From Torpedo marmorata (Eukaryota): a stretch of 64,000 bases of DNA. Below are positions 37,007 to 49,407 of this stretch, one piece after another; within the stretch, counting starts at the first letter, position 1, and every line of letters starts with the position of its first letter. The notes under the pieces are model-generated. The model worked only from the letters and a program-made list of their open reading frames with translations. It ran no database searches and was not told the origin of the DNA. A program made the translations under genes and the position numbers. The DNA lies in the NCBI GenBank assembly GCA_977017645.1, contig OZ360226.1, positions 158,472,001-158,536,000 on the forward strand. Reading direction: 5' to 3'.

Positions 37007-37826
37007 TTCAAGATTCAATTTATTGTCATAGTAATAAAACAGTGTCATATTACATGAAATTTCTTTTTGCCTGCTGCAAGGCAGACAGATTCGCCACCGG
37101 CAGAAATTGCCTAAGCGCCTCTAACATTCCTTACAGTCAGAGAAACAGAAGCAAAAGAGAGTTCCCCCAGAGTCACCGAGTGTTTGTAGATTCGCCTCCA
37201 GCGCTTCCGCAGCCACACTGAGTCCAGTCCAAACCATCGGCAACCCGAGCTCCAGATCCGAACCTCCGACACTGTCAGGAACCCTTCAGCGCCCTCGGCA
37301 CCCCCTCGCATCCCGGTTCCGATACCTGGTACTCCTCCAGCCAGTTCGAGCCAGTCTCCAGTAGTCCGCAACCCGGAGCGAGTCTCCCAACAGCCGTCTC
37401 CAGCAGCCTACAGCCTCCGCGGGTTCCTCGCCTCGAGTCGCCAGCAGCCCGCCGCATGCACTGGTCCTTCAGTCTCAGAGCCCCTCACTGGTCCTCTGCC
37501 ATGGTCACCGTCCCGTGGGTCGTCTTCTTCTCAGACGGGGAGGGGGGGGTGATCTTCCTGTCCTCTAGCTCCCTGCTCCAGCCCTCCGCTTCCCCGGAGT
37601 CTGCAGCCCCTGGTGGCTGCTGCCGATTAATAGGGACTGCCATCTTGGGCGCAGACCCCGCGGCCGCGGGATCTCAAATAATAGCACCATCGGCTCCCTC
37701 AACGGGCCGTTCAAAGCCCGTGCGGAGCCGACGGCAGTCGACTGGGCGTCTGGACCCCGCAGGAGCACTGCATCTCCGCTCCCTAGCTCCCCGCGGGTCC
37801 GCACCAGCGGCAGCGCTGCCATTTTG
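37007..37826 (-). mobile_element. Non-coding, non-autonomous retroelement with a GC-rich 5' part and a Rex1-like tail
   Basis: Interrupts L1 ORF2 at DSII|SSYIW. The minus strand starts aaaatggcagcg and ends atgacaataaattgaatcttgaat, resembling the Rex1 tails in this window. Confidence 0.7.
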
Positions 37827-39457
37827 TTATCATCATATATTTGGAAAAATAAATGTCCTCGTTTAAATAAAGTTTATTTCCAAAATCTCAAAATTAATGG
37901 TTTGGCTCTACCTGATCTTAGATTCTATTATTGGGCTATTAATATTTGATACATTATATTTTGGTTATATTATGATAATAAAATGGGTGGGCCAGCTTGG
38001 GTTAATTTGGAGATGAATTTGACTCTGAAATTTTCTACTGTTTCAATACTTGGAGCATTTTTGCCTTTTCCTATTGGTAAAAAGATTGATAATCCAGTGG
38101 TCAAATACACGATTAGGATTGGTTCCAGTTTAGAAAACATTTTGGACTCCATACGTTTCTTCTTTTTAGTCCTATCTTATCAAATTACTTTTTTCAACCT
38201 TCTTTGATGTACTCTGCCTTTCAGGAATGATCCAGATTAGGTATTAAATGTTTTTATGATTTATTTATTGATAATAATCTTGCTACATTTGAACAACTTT
38301 CTACCAAATTTAATTTACCAAATTCTTATTTTTTTAGGTACTTGCAGATTAGGGACTTTCTCCATTCTCAACTGTCAAACCTTTTTCAGGCTCCTGTTAT
38401 GAATTCGATGGAGACAATTTACAATCTACAACCATCTCAGAAGAGAATATCTTTTGTGTATGATGCTTTGCTGAAATCAAGGCAGGCTTCATTGGATAAA
38501 ATTAAAAAGACATGGGAGCAGGATCTCCATATTTCAATTTCTGAAGATTCTTGGAACTCTATATTTAAATTGGTTAACACATCATCTTTATGTGCCCGTC
38601 ACTCTTTACTACAATTTAAAGTTGTGCATAGAGCTTATATGTCAAAAGTTAAATTAGCTCGTATTTATCCTAATATTAGCTCTTACTATGATAGATGCAG
38701 GAATGAGGACGGTTCACTAATTCATATGTTCCAGTCTTGTTCGACCCTTGCCAAATATTGGGAAGAGGTCTTCTGTACTTTATCAATAATTATTAATGTA
38801 AACCTAACACCAGATCCTTTAATAGCCTTGTTTGGGATGGTTGAACAGAAGGTAGTGAAATTGTCTTTATCTCAATGTCGTGTACTGGCCTTTGCCTCTC
38901 TTATTCCAAGACGTGTTATTTTGATCAGATGGAAAGATGCTGCCCCGCCCACTCATAATCAATGGTTACATGATTTGATGTCATACCTAACTTTGGAGAA
39001 AATTAGATGTTCAACGAGTTTTTTAAATTTAAATTTTTCAAATCTTTGGGGCTCTTTTTTGAATTATTTTCATAACTTTTAATGGTAATGATAGTTAAGT
39101 AATCTGTGATTCTCGTGGATTTGCGTTTCTTTTTATTTTTTACTTTATATTAGCCATGCAACTTTGGAATGGTTTGGGGTTTGGATTATAAAATTATTCT
39201 TATTATTATTATTTTTGTTTTTTTTCTTCTGTTTTTACTTTATCTTTGAATTAATAGTGTTGCATAATGTAAAAGAAATTATGTTATAGTGAGTTTGCTT
39301 ACTTTGTTACAGTTGTATCATTGTTATGCATCTTTTTTTTGTATGTATTATATATAAATTTAATAAAAATATTGAAAAAGAAATTGAAACACTTTGCAAT
39401 TGTCCATGTTAAATTCCAACTGCCATTCCTTGGCCCACGTTCACAGTCCATCTAGAT

Positions 39458-39809
39458 CAGTGGTTTTCAAACTGCCCCCCAAACTCACATTCCACCTTAA
39501 GCAATCCCTATGCCATAAGTGCTTAAGGTGGTATGTGAGTGGGAAGGGAAGGTTGAGAACCACTGCTCTAGACACAATTGTTACTGAAATATTTTGCTTG
39601 AGAAAAATTGTCATTGGCCCATTTCCTTTGGAGTTATGAAACCGTGCACATAACGAGTCAATTAGGTACGATTAAAAAAAGTGGTTTTCAAACTTTTTCT
39701 TTCCACTCACATACCACCTTAAGCAATCCCTTACTAATCACAGAGCACTTATGGCATAGGGATTGCTTAAGGTGGAATATGAGTTTAGGGGGCAGTTTGA
39801 AAACCACTG
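39458..39809. mobile_element. hAT-Charlie MITE (352 bp, compound)
   Basis: ~65-bp terminal inverted repeats beginning CAGTGGTTTTCAAACTGCCCCC. Perfect TSD atctagat at 39450-57 and 39810-17. Confidence 0.93.
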
Positions 39810-40564
39810 ATCTAGATCCTGTTGTAATCTCAGATAACCTTCACTGTGTCATCCACAATCTTACTAACCATGCTAACTACATTGTAATCCAAGTCGTTAA
39901 TAGAGAGAACAAACAACACTGGACCCAGCACCAAGTCCTGTGACATCCCATTGGTCACAGGCCTCCAATTTTTGGTATCAACCCTCCACTACCACCCTCT
40001 GGCACCACCAAAACAATTTTGCATCCAATTGCTTGGCTCACTCTAGATCCCATACAGTCTGATCTTCCAGACAAGCCAACCATGTGGGACATTGTCAAAG
40101 GCCTTGATGAAGTCAATGTTCATTGCCCTGTCCTTGTCGATCCTCTTCGTCAACTGTTCAAAAACAATTATATTTGTGAGACAGTTTTCCATGCACAAAG
40201 TCACGCTGACCATTCCTGATCAGACCTTGCCTTTAAAAATGTTGATAGATCCTGTCCATCAGAATCCCCACCATTAACTTTCCCACCACTGATGTTATAC
40301 TCACTAGGCTGCAGTTCCCTGGTTCATCCTTGCAGCCCTTCTGCCTTCTGGTACCTCATTCATGACTAAAGATGATGGAAATATTTCTGCCAGGACCCAT
40401 GCAATTTCTTTCCTTCCCACAGTGTCCTATGATACACTTGATTAGGCCCCAGGGATTTATTTACATTTATGCATTTTAAGATATCCAGTACATCCTATTT
40501 TGTAATATGGATATGTTCCAAGACATCACTATTCATTTCCCTTAATTCGTTAGCTCCCATGACC

Positions 40565-42270
40565 TTAAAACCATAAGATATAGGAGCAGAAGAAGGCCAT
40601 TTGGCCCATCGAGTCCGCTCCACTATTCCATCATAAGATGATCCATTCTCCCACTCAGCCCCACTCCCCTGCCTTCTCCCCATAACCTTTGATACCCTGA
40701 CTATTCAGATACCAATCAATCACTGCCTTAAATTCACCCAATGACTTTGGCCTTCACAGCCGGCTGTGGTAGCAAATTCCAGAGGTTCACCACCCTCTGG
40801 CAAAAGAAATTTTTCAGCATTTGTTCTAAATGGGCAGCCTTCAGTCTTGAAGGTGTGCACTCTTGTCCTAGACTCCCCTACCATGGGAAACAATTTTGCT
40901 ACATCTACTCTGTCTATGTCTTTAAACATTCAAAATGCTTATGAGGTCCCCCCTCATTCTTCTGAACTCCAAGGAGCACAGTTCAAGAGCCATCAAATGT
41001 CTAACCCTTCATTCCAGGAATCATTTTTGTGAATTTTATCGAAGCCCTCTCTAATGTCCTCTGAAACTCTACTATTTATTTAACACTATTTATTTATTTA
41101 TATATATGTACCTACTGTACATACTGCATATGTATCATTTATATGTTTGTTATGTCTATATGCGTGTTTGCATGTTTTTGCACCGAGGACCGGAGAACGC
41201 TGTTTCATTGGGTTGTACTTGCACAATCGGATGATAATAAACTTGAACTTAATGCCAGCACATCCTTTCTTAAATAACAAGCCCAAAACTGAACTCTGTA
41301 CTCCAAGTGAGGCCTCAACATCACATCCCTGCTCTTGTATCTTATTCCTCTAGATATGAATGCCAACATTGCATTTGCCTTCTTCACCACTGACTCAACC
41401 TGGGGGTTACCCTTTAGGATATCCTGCACAAGGACCCCCAAGTCTCTTTGCACCTCCGATTTTTGAATTTTCTCCTATCCAAATAATAGTCTGCCCTTTT
41501 ATTCCTTCTACCAAAGTGTATGACCATACACTTTCCAACATTGTATTTTATTTGCCACTTCTTTGTCCATTCTCCTAATCTATCCAAGTCTCTCTGCAGT
41601 CTCTCCATTTCCTCATCACTTCCTGTCCCCCAACCTATCTTTGTATATTCTACAAACCTAGCCACAAAGTCATTTATTCCACAATCCAAATTATTAACAT
41701 ACAACTTAAAAAGAAGTACTGTAGTCCCAACACCGACCCCTGCGGAATATCACTGGTAACCGTTAGCCAACCGTAATAGGATCCCTTTATTCCCACTCTG
41801 TTTCCTGCCGATCAGCTTCTGCCCATGCTAGTATCTTTCCTGTAATTCCATGGGCTCTCAACTTGTTAAAGCAGCCTCATGGGCGGCACCTTGTCAAAGA
41901 TCTTTTGAAAGTCAAAATATACATCTACTGCATCTCCTTTGTCAAGCCTGCTTTGGTGTCCCCAAAACATTGCAGTAGGTTTGTCAGGCAAGATTTTCTC
42001 TTAAGGAAACCATGCTGAGTTTGGCCTATCTTGTCATACACCTCCAGCTGCAGGTACTCCGTAATTTCTTCCTTGACAATCCCCCCACATTCTCTTAAAT
42101 TCCAACGAGTACAGGCCAAAATCTGTCAAACACTCCTCATATGATAACCCTTTCATTCCCAGAATCATCCTTGTGAACTTCCTCTGAACTCTCTCCAACA
42201 TCAGCACATCATTTCTTAAATGAGGAGACAGACCAAAACTGCTCACAATACTCCCAAGTGAGGTCTCTGA
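40565..42270 (-). mobile_element. CR1 LINE fragments, with a Rex1-B tail inserted at ~41060-41250
   Basis: Antisense CR1 3' UTR and RT (QHGFLKRKSCLTNLL; KKANAMLAFISRGI). The plus-strand insert ends aataataaacttgaact. Confidence 0.8.
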
Positions 42271-43164
42271 ATGAGATTGACAATTAATTTGAACAATTCT
42301 GGGTTTACAATCATTGGGAAAGTAGCTTGGAACTCCTCAAATTAATTTCATTGTACATCCCAACTGCCCTTCAGATGAGATTACCTAGTTCAGCATCAAA
42401 TGGGAATTAAACCTGACTGTACAGTCGATATGGTTCATGTACCTGTACACAGGTAACAACAAACTAGATTAATTTTTACAACAGTCCAGTAGTTTCATGG
42501 TCACCATTACTGATACGAACCTTTTACTCCAAATTGACTTTATTTGAGTTTAGCTTCCCCAGCTACAATAGAGAATTCAGACTCATATCTCCAGATCAAA
42601 AGCCCAGGCCTTTGTATATTAGACTACACAATAACCATACCCAAGTATTTAAGGTTGTTTGGACATAATGACCCAACATTGATTACAGTATCACCATTAT
42701 TGGAGTACTTGTGACTTTGCAATTAGTAAACTTGTTTCTTTGTTTTAGGCAGCAATAGTTGCTAGATTTGCCACTGGTAACTTTGACACTTGCTTTCTAG
42801 CTGGTGAAACCAAAGAGTGAAACATCGAACAACAAAACAGCTATGACAATCAAGAACAAAACTACAGAAGCTGGAAATCTGAAATAATAACAGAAAATGC
42901 TAAACACACTCAGCAAATCAGGTGGTATCTGTGGAAAGAGAGACAGAGTTAACATTTCAGATCAAAGATGCGCCATCAGAACTGGCAAAGAAATAATTTA
43001 ATTTGAAGTTATAGAGAGATGGGGAAGGAATAGGCAGGAAAAATAGAATAGCTCCAACAAATTAAACAAGATTGCCATGTTGATAGGATGTGGTAAAGCC
43101 ATCTGATTGTTAGACTAATGAGTATAGCTGAACCATATAAAATAAATAATAATCAGGGTAACAC

Positions 43165-45897
43165 AAAAACAGGATGGTAAGGGAGGAGGTGTGGCGCTCT
43201 TAATCAAGGATGAGTTCAAGGCAATAGTGAGAGATGATATAAGATCTAAGGAACATAATGTTGAGTCCATCTGGGTGGAGATTAAGAATAACAGGGAAAA
43301 AAAATCACTGGTGGGTGTTGTCTATCACCCACCAAATAACAATAGTACAGTGGCACAGGCAATAAACAGAGAGATAAGTGAGGCATGTAAGAATGGAACG
43401 GCAGTTGTCGTGGGGGACTTTACCACGTAGATTGGGAAAATCAAGTTGGTCACGGGAGTCTGGAAGAAGACTTCATAGAATGCATCCGTGATAGCTTTCC
43501 TGAGCAGCATGTTAAGGAACCAACAAGAGTGAATGCTATTTTGGATCTAGTATTGTGCAATGAGATAGGTAGAGTAAATGATGTAATAGTTAGGGACCCT
43601 CTTGGAAATAGCAATCATAGTATGATTGAATTTCTCATACAGATGGAGGGGGAAATAGTTAGATCTAAAACTAATGTATTATGCTTAAACAGGGGAGACT
43701 ATCACAGGATGAGGGAGGAATTGGTCAGCGTGGACTGGGAGCACAGGCTAGTTGGTAGAACCGTTGAGGAACAGTGGAAGATTTTCAAGGAGATTTTTCA
43801 CAATGCTCAACAAAAATATATTCCAATTAAGAATAAGGGCAGCAAGAGAGGGAAGAGTCGGCCGTGGTTAACTAAGGAAATAAAGGAGAGTATAAAATTA
43901 AAAGCTCAGGTGTACAAAGTTGCAAAGAGTAGTGGGAAACTGGAAGATTGGGAAAACTTTAAAAGACAACAAGGGACAACAAAGCAGGTAATAAGAAAGG
44001 GGAGAAAGGATTACAAAGGTAAATTGGCACAAAATATAAAAAGATAGAAATTTTTTTTATAAATAGATAAAACAGAAGAAGGTGGCTAGAGTTAACATAG
44101 GACCCTTGGAAGATGAGAAAGGGAAATTGATATTGAATAATGAGGAAATGGCCGAGGCCTTGAACATATATTTTGTGTCAGTCTTCACGGTGGAAGACAC
44201 GTCCAGCATGCCAAAGAGTGGAGATAGGGATGCGAATATTGGTGAAAGCCTTGATAAAATAATTGTTACAAAGGAGGTAGTGATGAACAAACTAATGGGA
44301 TTAAAGCCAGCAAATCCCCTGGTCCTGATGAAATGCATCCCAGGGTTCTGAGGGAAATGGCAGAAGTTATAGTCGATGCATTGGTGGTCATGTACCAAAA
44401 TTCTCTGGATTCTGGGCAGGTCCCGGCAGATTGGAACACAGCAAATGTCACGCCACTTTTTAAGAAGGGATGTAGGCAGAAGACTGGGAATATTCGGCCA
44501 ATTAGCTTTACGTCTGTAGTTGGGGAAAATGCTTGAAGCTGTCATTAAGGATGAAATAGTGAGACATTTAGAATGAAGGGGTTCAATCAGGCAGACGCAG
44601 CATGGGTTTAGGAAAGGCAGATCTTGTTTGACAAACTTGTTAGAGTTCTTTGAGGACATAATGGGTGCGGTAGATAGAGGGGAACAGGTTGATGTTGTAT
44701 ATTTGGATTTCCAGAAAGCATATGATAAAGTGCCGCACAAGAGACTTATCAGTAAGTTATAGGTGAATGGAGTCCAGGGAAGTATATTGGCATGGATTGA
44801 GGATTGGTTGTCTGACTGGAGGCAGAGAGTCGGGATAAATGGGTGTTTTTCTGATTGGCAGACAGTGGTAAGTGGGGTGCCACAGGGGTCGGTGCTGGGC
44901 CCACAACTGTTCATCATTTACATTGATGATTTGAAGCAGGGGACAAAATGTGGCATAGCCAAGTTTGCGGATGATACTAAATTGAGTGAAAGAGCAAATT
45001 GTACTGAGGATGTGGAGAGGCTGCAAAGGGATATAGTTAAGTTAGGTGAGTGGGCAAAGGTCTGGCAGATGGAGTACAATGTTAGTAAGTGCGAAGTTAT
45101 CTACTTTGGCAAGAAAAATAAAAGAGCAGAGTATTATTTAAATGGTGAAAAACTGCAGCATGCTGTTGTGCAGAAGGACTTGGGAGTGCTTGTGCACGAA
45201 TCGCAAAAAGTTGGGTTGCAGGTGCAGCAGGTTATTAAGAAAGCAAATGGAATGTTGGCCTTCATCGCTAGAGGAATTAAATTCAGGAGCAAGGAGGTAA
45301 TGTTGCAACTGTACAAGGTACTGGTGAGACCACACCTGGAGTACTGTGTACAGTTCTGGTCTCCATATTTGAGGAAGGATATACTGGCCTGGGAGGCAGT
45401 CCAGAGGAGGTTTGCTAGGTTGATCCCTGAGATGAAGGGGTTGACTTATGATGAAAGATTAAATCGTCTGGGATTATACTCGCTCGAGCTCAGAAGAATG
45501 AGAGGAGATCTTATAGAAACATAGAATTATGAAGAAGATAAATAGCATAGAGGGAGGAAGGTTTTTTTCACTGGCGGGTGAGACCAAAACTTGGGGACAC
45601 AGCCTCAAGATTCTGGGGAGTAGATTTTGGACAAAGATGAGGAAAAACAGTTTTTCCCAAAGAGTGGTGAATTTGTGGAATTCTCTACCCAGGGAAGCGG
45701 TTGAGGCTGCTTCATTGAACATATTTAAGGTTCAGTTGGATAGATTTTTACATAAAAAAGGAATTAGGGGATATGGGGAAAGGGCAGGTTGGTGGAGTTA
45801 GGTCATTGATCAGATCAGCCATGATCTTATTGAATGGTGGCGCAGGCTCGATGGGCCGGTTGGCCTACTCCTGTTCCTACTTTCTTATGTTCTTATT
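43165..45897 (+). mobile_element. CR1 (HER1-like) LINE ORF2 (partial APE plus RT) and 3' UTR, frameshifted
   Basis: GGVALLIK, VGDF, ILDLVL, GVPQGSVLGP and KFADDTKL motifs. (ttcttatg)n tail. Confidence 0.93.
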
Positions 45898-48052
45898 TCA
45901 GGACTAAATGTCAAACAAAAGGTGAGAACAACGGAGTCCAAAAATAAACTAGGTTTGCACCTGTCCCATGGTTTACAAAATATGGATATGCTGTTCTACT
46001 GGTTTGAATGGACAATGATTTATTCTTTTATTTTTAATCAACAGGACAAATAGAGGTTCACTGAGTTAAGCTTTACCTATGCCTTATATAACTACAGGTA
46101 ATAAAGCAAATAGGAATAAATTTTTGCATGAGAGAATATGAATTGGAGTTATGTGTGGTTAACATGCCCACTTAACAAAATGCAGCTTATACATTAAATT
46201 TGTACTCCCTCCTTATTACTACTCTCATAGCACCCAGTGAACACAGTACACACTATTTATTATATTGGTATTTAGCCACTGATGACAGCTTTGTAAGTGT
46301 CTGACATCAGTTGAAGATAACTAACTGTCATGTTTCTTATGAGTATCCAGTTAACCAGACTCAGGCTGGGATAGTATTTGGATTGGACACCTCTTGAGAT
46401 GCTGCTAGGCTCACTTCCAGAGGAACCTGAGTTGTACTTTGAATTTTTGTCCTAATGTGTATCTAAATTACATTGCATATGCTAAGAAAATATTAAAGCA
46501 CTGTTTGCACCTCTCAAAATGGAAGCGTTCATTGTCCCCAATTTCTGATGGAATCTTGCCAGTGAGTGCTTGGAAGTTGACTTGTAGCCTTTGAATAGCC
46601 ATCAGGTTAAAGGTTGTAGAGAATGCTGTGGAGCATTGGGGAAAATAGCAAAATATTTAGATCAATTAGATACTGTGACATTGCTGGTCATCTGTATTTG
46701 CAAGAATATGTACCACTGAACGATCTGGCACTGACAAACATAACAGTGACATGTTAGTCACTTAATGAACACATGCCAACTTGTGTCTGAGCTGATACAA
46801 CAGGAATTTCATCAGCTTCCTAAATTGACCCACTGTTGTGAAGCCAGAAATCTATTCAAATGAACGACCATGCCAACAGATCCTCATTTAGTTGGTGGTA
46901 TACATCTCTCCAATAGTCTGCATTCTTCTGATAAATATCTCCTCATCACTCATGCTTTGCCTATATATTATTTAGGAAAGGGGAATATGTGATGGATTGC
47001 TACCTCCTTAAATCATTCCTCAAAGTACTTTCCTTTTCCTCTCCTTTCTCCACAATGACATGTGAGGTCATCCATTGGAGGTCTTAAATGGTATATCTGC
47101 ATTTTAAATGATGAAATGTTAGAAACTGAAGGTGCAAAGAGATTTTGAATGCTGTGCGTATTTTTCTCAAATACTGAGGTTATATATAAAAATAAACATC
47201 AAAAAGCTTAATTAAACAATAGCCTTTCCAATTAGATTGTGAATATTTTTAAAAAATAGTACAGTTATACAACACCCAAGACTTTTGTGCATAGTTCTAA
47301 ACACTACCTTAGAAAAAAATGCCATTGTAGAGATTCTTCAAAATGTTATCAGGGCTCTAGAGATTAGACTGTTAAGAGGAATGTTATAAATTACATGTGC
47401 ATTTCCTTGGAAAACTGGATGACTGGATAAAGATTTTGAGGATTCTGAAAGGAATTGCTGGATTATAAAAAAATACCTTTGTCACCAGTCATGGCATCAC
47501 AAACAAGGAAACATAAAATTAGAGATAGGCTATTCAAAAGTGGTAAAAACATTCAATCCCTTTTACAAAATCAGAAGATGCATAAATAATTATCAGCTTT
47601 AAATCTGAACTAAATAGATTTTTTCCCAGACAGGGCTAAAAAAGGATTTGGAGCTAATACAGATGGTTGCAATTAACAAATAGATCAACCACAATTTAAT
47701 TAAATGTCAGAACAGGTTCGAGGGGCTGATTGATCGTTTAGTGTTACTAAATAGCACACAGCAGATGGTTTTCTCATTGAAAGAGTTGTGTCTGCTCTTG
47801 AGAAAGCCTCAACATGCAAGGTGAGGCCCTAAACCCTCAATGCACAATTTTTCTTACAGACAACCAGATTTAGGCCCAATGCTGTGCAGATTAATGCAAA
47901 AAAAGAAATCACTCATCAAAGTCAATCCCAGTTGCACCATCATTTAGTCTTTCAACAATCTTCAGGCTCAAAAATACTTCACTTCTACTAGTCTCAGCTG
48001 ATCTCGACAACACAAAGAAACTCTACGTTATCGCATTGGTGGCTTTCTTTAT

Positions 48053-48243
48053 CATATAGAGTTCTACAGCACGGAAACAGGCCCTTCAGTCCAACTTGTC
48101 CACACCGACCACGCTAATCCCATATCCCTGCATCGGACCCATATCCCTTCAAATCTTTCCTATCCATGTACCTGTCTAAATGTCATTTGAACATTATAAT
48201 TGTCCCTGCTTCTACCATCTGTTACCTCATTCCATATAACCAC
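48053..48243 (-). mobile_element. CR1/SINE-type 3' tail hosting the Mag-like Gypsy; continues at 63808-63850
   Basis: tacagcacggaaacaggcccttc...ttccatataaccac joins caccctctgtg on the far side of the LTR element. Confidence 0.7.
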
Positions 48244-48941
48244 TGTTGTGTGTTCTAGGCTTAGAAATACACTAGCACATGGAGGCGTGATGCTTCATTC
48301 ATTCTTCATTGTAGTTCTAAAATGGTTCCCCCGCAGCACACAATATATATACGTGATGATGTCATACGCACGCAGGCGTATATTCACAACACTCTTTTCC
48401 CCCCCCACAAAATAAATGCTTTGTGAAAATAACATATAGGCAGCACTTAAACTACAATAACTACGTGGTGCACATGAACTAATGGTGAGAATCATAATTA
48501 CACTACAACGTAAGTATGACATGTTAAGCTGCCAAGTCACTGTACATAGTCCCTTAGGCGTTCTGGAGGATGTCTTTCCCTTTTGGATTTTCTTGGCGAG
48601 GTAGAATCCGCTGGGATATTTTGCGACTTCTCTGGACTCTTTACCTTGTGGGGTAGTACCTCCTCGGACTGTGAACTTAGTCTTTGGCGAGCCCCATTCG
48701 GACGTTGCATAGGACTGCGCTGCTGAGCAGGACTGCTCTGTTGAGCCGGACGTAGCGTAGGACTGCTCTGCTGAGCAGTCGACATCGAGCAGGCATCATT
48801 TCCCGAAGATATTTCTGGAACATTGTCGGTGACAGGAGCCCAAATGGAATCTCGTCGGGATCGTGAGCAGTAAGTGTGGCCATAGGATCATCCACCACTC
48901 TTAACTGGTCGATGTGCCGTTTACATATTTTAGTTCCCAGA

Positions 48942-49407
48942 GTTGAAGGGGTTGACTTATGATGAAAGATTAAATCGTCTGGGATTATACTCGCTCGAGT
49001 TCAGAAGAATGAGAGGAGATCTTATAGAAACATAGAATTATGAAGGGGATGGATAGGATAGAGGTAGGAAGGTTTTTTTCACTGGTGGGTGAGACCAAAA
49101 CTAGGGGACACAGCCTCAAGATTCAGGGGAGTAGATTTAGGACAGAGATGAGGAAAAAAAGTTTTTCCCAGAGAGTGGTGAATTTGTGGAATTCTCTACC
49201 CAGGGAAGCGGTTGAGGCTGCTTCATTGAACATATTTAAGGTTCAGTTGGATAGATTTTTACATAAAAAAGGAATTAGGGGATATGGGGAAAGGGCAGGT
49301 AGGTGGAGTTAGGTCATTGATCAGATCAGCCATGATCTTATTGATTGGCGGAGCAGGCTCAATGGGCCAGTTGGCCTACTTCTGTTCCTACTTTCTTATG
49401 TTCTTAT
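48942..49407 (+). mobile_element. CR1 3' fragment inside the Gypsy integrase
   Basis: About 95% identical by eye to 45431-45897. ttcttatg tail, no TSD. Confidence 0.9.

Larger units (their letters stand above)
33208..39383 (+). mobile_element. Long L1/Tx1 element: ORF1 C-terminal half, spacer, ORF2 (APE, RT, CCHC) and 3' UTR; decayed
   Basis: ORF1 motifs (LDIAHRS...PRSVILR; PSLFPARLRIT). ORF2 from 34516 (SWNIRGLN, LQETH, GGDFN, SRIDFF, SDHAP; later SGYKLN). Ends in aataaaaatattgaaaaag. Confidence 0.92.
32581..40560 (-). mobile_element. Degenerate CR1 LINE hosting a long L1 and a hAT MITE
   Basis: Antisense CR1 RT/3' sequence at 32581-33207, 39384-39457 and 39810-40560. Confidence 0.75.

Noticed and set aside
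44057-44917. Long antisense ORFs (also 14040-14306, 18406-18690, 60704-61069 and others)
   Set aside because: Shadow frames on the opposite strand of LINE RT coding sequence.
45530-45550. Clustered GG-to-AA differences versus the 49040 copy as deaminase editing
   Set aside because: Only four sites, and polarity is unknown without a consensus.
45900-47150. Possible exon of a neighbouring gene (acceptor-like tract at ~46020-46045)
   Set aside because: No recognisable peptide or convincing donor; cannot be supported without an alignment.
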